Shown piece by piece: positions 8,085-14,368 of a DNA stretch of 16,196 bases; the first letter of the stretch is position 1; every line of letters starts with the position of its first letter. Position numbers and translations under genes: made by a program. The notes beneath the pieces were generated by a model. It saw only the letters and a list, made by a program, of their open reading frames with translations. It had not been told where the DNA came from and made no database searches. This DNA is from a bacterium. Its GTDB lineage: Bacteria > Muiribacteriota > UBA6191. Where the stretch lies: NCBI GenBank assembly GCA_036339875.1, contig JAYZAC010000096.1, forward strand, positions 1 to 16,196. The letters are read 5' to 3'.

Positions 8085-9128
8085 TTATTTTCTTAAATAC
8101 TCTTTAAATTCAAAGCTATTACAACTTTCATTTGGATCAAACCAGTTCTCTTCATTCCATAAGTTCAAATTATCAAAAATGACCAACTGTTCATTACTTA
8201 GCAAGCTAATAGGTTGCATGTTTATCCAATTACTAACAGAATGTAAAAGTTGATACAGATTTTCATATATTTGATTTTTTAATCTGGCTCTCAAAAATAG
8301 CGGTAGAATTAGAGCTAAGGTTTCTCCATGATTAAGTTCTAGTTTAGGGCCTAACTCATGAGCGATATGATGCATTGGCCAGCTAACGGCATATAGTTCA
8401 AACAATTCTCCATACAGAAATCCTGCTAAATAAAATAAACTTTCGTAATCATAATTCTCAAGAGCCTTCAAATAATCATCCCACCATCCTGTAAGAGCCA
8501 TTATTCTAAGAGAATCAGATGATTTTACTGAGCATAAAATTTCAACAAAATGTGCAACTGTGTCGATCGAGCCATAAATCCATGCTTTTTCAGGCACTGA
8601 TTTCAATACATTGGGATCTATGAAGACTTTTTCTACCGTCAGCCCTACTCCAGATATTTTATGTCGGTCTCGTATCAAAGTTGCTGAGGAGCTTACATAC
8701 GAGCTTGAAGAATAATGTGTAGGAAATAACCAGACTTTATGTCTTTGTACTAGTTTTTTAGGACGAAGAAAGTTCATTTTACGATCACATTCACAAACTT
8801 CCACCGATACTAATTTAGCCAAATCCATAACAGAGCCACCACCGAGACCCCAAATCCTTGTCTTAGAGGATATTTTTGAGCGACATTCGATCAAATCATT
8901 CCAGCTTGGTTCTCCATCAAGTTTATAACTATCCGCTTTTATACTTCGTTCTTGAAAGATTGTCATCCATTCGTCCAACCAGCCTAGATTTAAAACACAA
9001 GGTGAATAAACAATTAATAATTCACGACCGGCTTGATTTATTAATGACTTTTTTACCGAATATTCAAGCCATTTACGCTTTGTCATTTTTGCGCAATTAT
9101 TTATCAAATATGAAGGAGTTATTGTCAT
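8085..9128 (-). CDS. Iron-containing alcohol dehydrogenase family protein (divergent)
   Basis: GLGGGSVMDLAK nucleotide-binding motif and a PT motif. Metal ligands in DTVAH, HHIAH and HG. Start reassigned to ATG 9128 (MTITPSY), which has AGGGGAAG upstream and avoids overlap with the DUF2225 gene. Confidence 0.85.
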   Translation of the reverse strand: MTITPSYLINNCAKMTKRKWLEYSVKKSLINQAGRELLIVYSPCVLNLGWLDEWMTIFQERSIKADSYKLDGEPSWNDLIECRSKISSKTRIWGLGGGSVMDLAKLVSVEVCECDRKMNFLRPKKLVQRHKVWLFPTHYSSSSYVSSSATLIRDRHKISGVGLTVEKVFIDPNVLKSVPEKAWIYGSIDTVAHFVEILCSVKSSDSLRIMALTGWWDDYLKALENYDYESLFYLAGFLYGELFELYAVSWPMHHIAHELGPKLELNHGETLALILPLFLRARLKNQIYENLYQLLHSVSNWINMQPISLLSNEQLVIFDNLNLWNEENWFDPNESCNSFEFKEYLRK

Positions 9129-9140
9129 ACATCTTCCCCT

Positions 9141-9171
9141 ATACAAGATTAAGCAATATAATTGCTTGTAT
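9141..9171. promoter_or_regulatory. Palindromic bidirectional promoter/operator between the Fe-ADH and DUF2225 genes
   Basis: Inverted repeat AAGCAAT-ATA-ATTGCTT (9151-9167) with outer arms ATACAAG (9141-9147) and CTTGTAT (9165-9171). TATAAT on + at 9157-9162 and TATATT on - at 9160-9155. Confidence 0.6.
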
Positions 9172-9907
9172 GGCAATGCAGCAAACTGAACAAATTTGGT
9201 TAAAAAAAGTGGAGTGCCCACTTTGCTATGAAGAATTCCTAACAGAAAATATTTGGCAAGGTAAAGTAAGTGTCTTAGAAGAGTACCCAGATTTAGGTAA
9301 GCGCTATCAGGGTACCAATCCATTGTATTATTCAGTTTGGGTATGCCCTAGTTGCTACTACGCGGACTTTCGTGGAGATGAATTCGAAGCTACTGGTAAG
9401 ATAGTAGATGAAGCCTTTGAGGATGATTTTGAAATCCTTTCAATGGTCGCTGAAAATGCTGATTTCAGACAACCACGAACTTTTGCCTTAGCGGTTGCCT
9501 CTTATAAACTAGCTATCTTAGTAGCCAAACATAAGAAATCATCATGTGCTCGAATTGGGACCTTTAACCTTCGTTTAGCTTGGCTTTACCGATCTATCAA
9601 AAAGAGACAACAAGAAAAAAAATATCTCCAGTATACCCTCGATTATTATCTAAAGGCTTATGAAAATGAAGATGAGCCCGATTTTGGAAATCTCAGTGAA
9701 GGTGGCATTACCTATCTTTTAGGTGAACTTTATCGTCAAACAGGTAATATGCGGCAGGCCGTAGAGTTTTTCCAAAAGGTTGTCAACGATAAGGAACTTG
9801 ATACAGAACCAAAATACATAAAATTGGCACGCTTCCAATGGGAGTCTTTGAAAGATTCTCCTTCTGCAGAAACTGACCAAGAGGATGAAAAGGTAAATGA
9901 CTCTTAA
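9170..9907 (+). CDS. DUF2225 family protein (two CxxC zinc-ribbon motifs plus a TPR-like helical C-terminus)
   Basis: CPLC...NPLYYSVWVCPSCYYA, LRLAWLYR and YLLGELYRQTG are the patterns I recognise as DUF2225. The family-like sequence begins just after ATG 9170/9176, so the 8876 start is an artefact. Confidence 0.85.
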   Translation: MAMQQTEQIWLKKVECPLCYEEFLTENIWQGKVSVLEEYPDLGKRYQGTNPLYYSVWVCPSCYYADFRGDEFEATGKIVDEAFEDDFEILSMVAENADFRQPRTFALAVASYKLAILVAKHKKSSCARIGTFNLRLAWLYRSIKKRQQEKKYLQYTLDYYLKAYENEDEPDFGNLSEGGITYLLGELYRQTGNMRQAVEFFQKVVNDKELDTEPKYIKLARFQWESLKDSPSAETDQEDEKVNDS

Positions 9908-10304
9908 ATCTCTTGATGAGAGTCTCCAAAACGAAATTGATGACAACTTTTTAAGTGATCAAATTAAAGAATTAGACAACGAATTAAAAATTACTTTAGA
10001 AGATGCCAATAGGTTTCTGAATTTTATTCTGAATTATGGCAGTAAACTAACTGAAATCGAAAGTCGTTTACTGCAAATTCGATCATTAATTGAAGCTGGA
10101 AAATTTGATAAAAGTCTCGAAATTGAATTAGAGACTCTCATGAAAAGATTACAAAAACTCGTAGATCCTCAATTAAAACAAAAGATGATTAATCGTCTCG
10201 AAATTATTATGAATTTTCAAGAATACGCTGCAAAAAAAGAAGAACAACTAGAATGGCAAGTCATACGTTCTAGATTGAATGATTTCAAGTCTTTACTCCA
10301 GTAG
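9897..10304 (+). CDS. Hypothetical coiled-coil/helical protein
   Basis: 135-aa L/E/K-rich ORF that overlaps the DUF2225 gene end by 11 nt, with AAGGT upstream. Confidence 0.7.
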   Translation: MTLKSLDESLQNEIDDNFLSDQIKELDNELKITLEDANRFLNFILNYGSKLTEIESRLLQIRSLIEAGKFDKSLEIELETLMKRLQKLVDPQLKQKMINRLEIIMNFQEYAAKKEEQLEWQVIRSRLNDFKSLLQ

Positions 10305-10403
10305 CAATTTTTCCTATTCGGTTTTATTTTTTTTAATTAAAGAGACAAAATCAAATTACCTCGTAAGAGTTTTGTAGCACAACCAAAATTGGCTATTTAA
10401 GCC

Positions 10404-10454
10404 CCCTTCATAACAGATTCTAAACGACGATAGTAATGTGAATCTTATGAAGGG
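10404..10454 (+). promoter_or_regulatory. 15-bp inverted repeat (2-nt bulge) overlapping the RBS of the TPR gene
   Basis: CCCTTCATAA-ca-GATTC (10404-10420) pairs with GAATC-TTATGAAGGG (10440-10454). The SD-like GAAGGGA is at 10449-10455 and the ATG at 10461. Confidence 0.55.
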
Positions 10455-10460
10455 AACAGC

Positions 10461-11822
10461 ATGTCATGTTTGAAAATTAAAATTCTGTTAAGTGCTACCT
10501 TTTGCACCACTATGCTACATGCGGCAATGGTAACTAGCCTCCAGAAACCATTTTCACAATTTAAAGGTTCATATGACAAAGCTGTCCAACTATACCAAAC
10601 AGGAGAACATGATAAGGCAATCAAGCTTTACCAAAGCATCGTAGACTTAAAACTAGATGCTGCAGATGTCTATTACAACTTAGGACTTGCTCAACTCGAA
10701 AATGAGCAATTTAAGAGTGCCCAAGAAAGCTTCAGAGAAGCTTTGATTTACAACAATAAGGACTATGAAGCATCAATTCAACTAGCAATAAGTTATAAGA
10801 AATCTAACAACAAGTCCGCTGCTTTAGAATCTTATAATGAAGCCTTACAAATTAATCCTGATCTATACGAGGTGCATTACGATTTAGGACTAATGCACAT
10901 GGAACTAGGAGTTAAGAGTCAAGCACACTATCATTTTGATAGAGCGACTAAACTTAATGACAAGCTATATGAAGCGTTCAATGATTGGGGAATTCTGTAC
11001 GATTCTGAAAAACAAGTCTCAAAAGCACGGGAGTGCTATCAAAAATCTTTAGCTATAAAACCTGACTTTTTCTTTGCGGCATATAATTTAGGTCTATCCT
11101 ACAAGTCTAGCGGAGAACAAAAGTTGGCTATCCAATATTACGAGAAAGCCTTGGAATTGAAGCCAAATCATCAGGAGTCATTAGTTAGTCTGGGTAATTT
11201 ATATAATCATCAAAAACATTATGACGAGTCAATTAAAGTCAGCCTACAAGTATTAAGCCAAAATGAAAAATCAATTCATGGATATTATAATCTCGCAAAT
11301 GCTTATTTCGGACGTAAAGAATACAAAAAAGCTAAAGTAAGTTACGAAGAGATTCTTAATGTTAGTCAAAATATTCCTGAGGTATACAACAATCTCGGTA
11401 TAATTTGTTTAGAATTAAAAGAATATGATCAAGCCCATAATTACTACAGTAAAGCGCTTCATATAAGACCTAATTATAGCTCCGCCCTGACTAATCTTGG
11501 TTGGGTTGAATACTTAAATGATAGGCTTAGCACTGCAATCGAACACACTGTGAAAGCTCACTCAATAAATCCTAATGATCCTGTTTCAAACTACAACTTA
11601 GGGCTTTATTATCTAAAATATAAGGATATTAAAAAAGCAGATCTGCATTACAGTGCAGCAATGAAAATTTCACCGGCCGACCCTCACGCATATCAAGACC
11701 TTTTGACTGCTAGTAAAATTGAACCTGAAAATGAAACTTACCGTATAATTTTAAATCGCTACTTTCAAAAGTTTGCACATCATAAAGAAAAGGATTTTGA
11801 GTCAAATCCAAAGGCTCAGTGA
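10461..11822 (+). CDS. Tetratricopeptide-repeat protein with a probable N-terminal signal peptide
   Basis: About 11 tandem 34-aa repeats (e.g. YYNLGLA...A...F..AL, YNNLG...A...Y.KAL.I.P). The N-terminus is basic then hydrophobic, ending in LHA-A. Confidence 0.92.
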   Translation: MSCLKIKILLSATFCTTMLHAAMVTSLQKPFSQFKGSYDKAVQLYQTGEHDKAIKLYQSIVDLKLDAADVYYNLGLAQLENEQFKSAQESFREALIYNNKDYEASIQLAISYKKSNNKSAALESYNEALQINPDLYEVHYDLGLMHMELGVKSQAHYHFDRATKLNDKLYEAFNDWGILYDSEKQVSKARECYQKSLAIKPDFFFAAYNLGLSYKSSGEQKLAIQYYEKALELKPNHQESLVSLGNLYNHQKHYDESIKVSLQVLSQNEKSIHGYYNLANAYFGRKEYKKAKVSYEEILNVSQNIPEVYNNLGIICLELKEYDQAHNYYSKALHIRPNYSSALTNLGWVEYLNDRLSTAIEHTVKAHSINPNDPVSNYNLGLYYLKYKDIKKADLHYSAAMKISPADPHAYQDLLTASKIEPENETYRIILNRYFQKFAHHKEKDFESNPKAQ

Positions 11823-12424
11823 TCTGGCTTAATAATTCCCAATAATCCATCTCCACAAGGAAATAAACATGATGACCATTGTTCGGCTAATTCCAATAGC
11901 TGACGGATGTTCCCAACACCTTCTTTTTTCTTTGGATTTTTTTCGAATACCTGTCCACTAAAATAGATATTATCAACAATCATCAATCCGCCAGATCGTA
12001 GTCTGGGCCAACTTAATTCAAAAGCCTCAAGATAGTCACGTTTATCTATATCAAGAAAAATTAAATCAAATCCTATATCCTCACTCAAAGTCTTTAGACT
12101 TTCATTTACTGGCCCTGGTAGTAAGCGACAATTAAATAATGGAAGATCTCGCGCAACAGATTTTAGATGTTTTTCATTAAAGTCGCATAGATAAAAATTT
12201 CCAGAATTTAAAGCAGCTGCCATGTAACGAGTAGAATATCCAAGACCTGTTCCTAATTCCAAAATATCTTTAGGCTGTTTTAGGCTACATAAAAAGTACA
12301 GTAGTCTAGCAGACTCAGTTTGTAAAATTGGATAACGTAATTCGATAGCTAGTTCTTTAATATTTTCGAAATCTAATTTCTCGAAAGTAAAGGCCCACTC
12401 ACCAGGTGCTCTTAAAATTGACAC
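11816..12424 (-). CDS. SAM-dependent O-methyltransferase (COMT/CCoAOMT-like, YrrM/TrmR-type family)
   Basis: Motifs LELGTGLGYS, FDLIFLDIDK and LRSGGLMIVDN (D...DN metal ligands). GTG start with an AGGA SD, 13 nt after the hisS stop. Overlaps the TPR gene end by 7 nt. Confidence 0.9.
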   Translation of the reverse strand: MSILRAPGEWAFTFEKLDFENIKELAIELRYPILQTESARLLYFLCSLKQPKDILELGTGLGYSTRYMAAALNSGNFYLCDFNEKHLKSVARDLPLFNCRLLPGPVNESLKTLSEDIGFDLIFLDIDKRDYLEAFELSWPRLRSGGLMIVDNIYFSGQVFEKNPKKKEGVGNIRQLLELAEQWSSCLFPCGDGLLGIIKPDH

Positions 12425-12437
12425 GTATATTCCTAAA

Positions 12438-13751
12438 TTACAAAACGAATTTTGACGTTATTTCTTCGATATGCAATATACTTTCATCTCCGGTTCCAAA
12501 GTCTTTCCATTTGACAGTGCCTGAATCTCTTTCCAGAGAGCCAGCGATAAGAGCATGTTTAGCATTAAGTTGATTAGCTCTTGCAAACATTTTTCGAGGC
12601 TTTTGAGGCGGATAATGCATTTGAGCACTCAATCCATTCTTTCTTAATTCCCTCAAAATAGGCATTAAAAAAATTACATCCTCTTCATCAAATGGTAAAA
12701 GATAAAAATCGAGTTCAGATTTCAGTTCTGGTAATTTGTTTTGATCTTTTAATAACTCTAAGATTACCACATCGCCAAAGCCCAAACCGACGGCTTCCTT
12801 TGAAATAGTGACCTTAGATTTATCCGATGTATTTCCATTGGCAAGATGTTGTATTAAATGATCATAACGCCCCCCACCAGCTATTGCTCTCAAACCCTTA
12901 GCGGCGTCAAATAACTCAAAAACAGTACCGGTATAATATGCGAGTCCTCGAACAATCGAAAAATCGAATTCTAAGTACTCTTCAAACCCATAGCTATCTA
13001 GCAAACTGAAAAGTTCATTCAATTCATTTAAGCCTGTCAAATTTGCATCTAATTGTTTTGCATAATCTGAAACTTCAGTAAGCTTTGAAATTCGAATCAT
13101 TTCCAAAATTTTTTCAGCGATATCAATTGAGATCAAACAGTTGTTTTTCATATTCTGTATTAACTGATCATCTGCAATCTTGCCAAGTTTATCAATTTGC
13201 ATAAATACTACATTAACTTGTTCATCCGAAACTCCAAGCGCCAAAATCATATCTGCTAATAAACGTCGATTTGATATACGAACCTTTACCTCTTCTGGGC
13301 CTAGATTCATAGACTCCACAGCGTGTAACGCAGTCGCAATAACCTCGGCTTCAGCGATCATGCCGGCTTCCCCTAGATAATCGAGATTCCATTGATAATG
13401 TTCTCTTTTACGTCCACGAGTCATTCTTTCATAACGAAAACATTGCGGTATACTTGACCATTTAATTGCACTAGGTAATTCCTTAAATTTTTGTATTACC
13501 ATCCGAGCTAAACTGGGAGTCATTTCTGGTCTCAAAGCTAATGCTCGACCCGATTTATCCTGCAATGTATATAACTGATCAGTGATTTCCTCGCCAGCCT
13601 TACGAATATATAATTCTTCAGACTCTAGTATTGGACAGTCATAAAATTGAAATCCTGATCTCAAAGCTGCACCGCGAAATTTATCAAAAAGCCATTCACG
13701 TAACTTGTACTCTTCGGGGTAAAAATCTCGCATTCCTTTTGTTACTTGCAT
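12438..13751 (-). CDS. hisS: Histidine--tRNA ligase
   Basis: KGMRDF, LRPEMT, motif 2 FRYER..RGR.RE..Q, HisA RGLAYYTG, HisB GGRYD, and a C-terminal anticodon-binding domain. AAGGA SD. Confidence 0.97.
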   Translation of the reverse strand: MQVTKGMRDFYPEEYKLREWLFDKFRGAALRSGFQFYDCPILESEELYIRKAGEEITDQLYTLQDKSGRALALRPEMTPSLARMVIQKFKELPSAIKWSSIPQCFRYERMTRGRKREHYQWNLDYLGEAGMIAEAEVIATALHAVESMNLGPEEVKVRISNRRLLADMILALGVSDEQVNVVFMQIDKLGKIADDQLIQNMKNNCLISIDIAEKILEMIRISKLTEVSDYAKQLDANLTGLNELNELFSLLDSYGFEEYLEFDFSIVRGLAYYTGTVFELFDAAKGLRAIAGGGRYDHLIQHLANGNTSDKSKVTISKEAVGLGFGDVVILELLKDQNKLPELKSELDFYLLPFDEEDVIFLMPILRELRKNGLSAQMHYPPQKPRKMFARANQLNAKHALIAGSLERDSGTVKWKDFGTGDESILHIEEITSKFVL

Positions 13752-13829
13752 AAATAGATTCCTTTAAAATTTAGATGCTGGAGCATACAACATTTTTTTA
13801 CAGTGTTCACCTCAAGTCAGGAACCACTA

Positions 13830-13858
13830 TTGAAATTCCGAAGAATCTGCGCTAATTT
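13830..13858 (+). promoter_or_regulatory. Possible sigma70 promoter (TTGAAA-N17-TAATTT) for the 13871 gene
   Basis: 5/6 -35 at 13830-13835, a 17-nt spacer, and a TAnnnT -10 at 13853-13858. Confidence 0.35.
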
Positions 13859-13870
13859 AATGTCGTTGTT

Positions 13871-14344
13871 ATGCCAATTCTGAGTTTAATTGTTCCGAAA
13901 CACCAAATTGTTCTGACCCGCGCCTTCGAGGAGTTGGTCGATGAAGAGCTCTCCGAGCACGAAATGCAACTGGGAAAGCACGCGGCCTTCTCAAAAGAAT
14001 TCCGGCAGATCGTTGATGCCAGATTCATCTTGAAGAATAGTACTAGCGACGAAAATATGGCGTTCGCAGCGAAAAATACTCCTTTCGCATTTGATAGTCG
14101 CCGTGCCATAGTTGTAATTAGAGAAGAAAATTTTCCTGATGCAAAAAGGTTTAGTTCTAATACAGGTTCAAGCGAATTTCAGGTCACGAGAGATATGGGC
14201 GGAGCTATGTTATGGATGAATTTGAACTACAATCAACTGGAAGTTTATATCAAATTTCTTGAGAAAAGAGCCAAAGCAGCTCCCGAAGGTAGCTTCGTAG
14301 AAATAATCACGGAAGAAGAAGTCATAACAAATGATTCAGATTAA
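13871..14344 (+). CDS. Hypothetical protein
   Basis: 157-aa ORF that fills the gap between hisS (divergent) and the cyclase (convergent). No motif recognised. Confidence 0.7.
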   Translation: MPILSLIVPKHQIVLTRAFEELVDEELSEHEMQLGKHAAFSKEFRQIVDARFILKNSTSDENMAFAAKNTPFAFDSRRAIVVIREENFPDAKRFSSNTGSSEFQVTRDMGGAMLWMNLNYNQLEVYIKFLEKRAKAAPEGSFVEIITEEEVITNDSD

Positions 14345-14368
14345 TCGACTTGTTTCGTCTAGGATTGA

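Noticed and set aside
8876..9323. Apparent 448-nt antisense overlap between the Fe-ADH and DUF2225 ORFs
   Set aside because: An artefact of longest-ORF calling. Family-like sequence starts at 9128 (-) and 9170 (+), leaving a 41-bp intergenic region.
10305..10340. T-rich tract after the coiled-coil gene, as an intrinsic terminator
   Set aside because: No convincing GC-rich stem precedes the T-run.
10407..10433. Sigma28-like -10 (GACGATAG at 10426-10433)
   Set aside because: No TAAA -35 at the required spacing of about 15 nt.
14341..14368. Imperfect hairpin between the convergent 13871 gene and the cyclase
   Set aside because: Short bulged stem with no U-tract on either strand.
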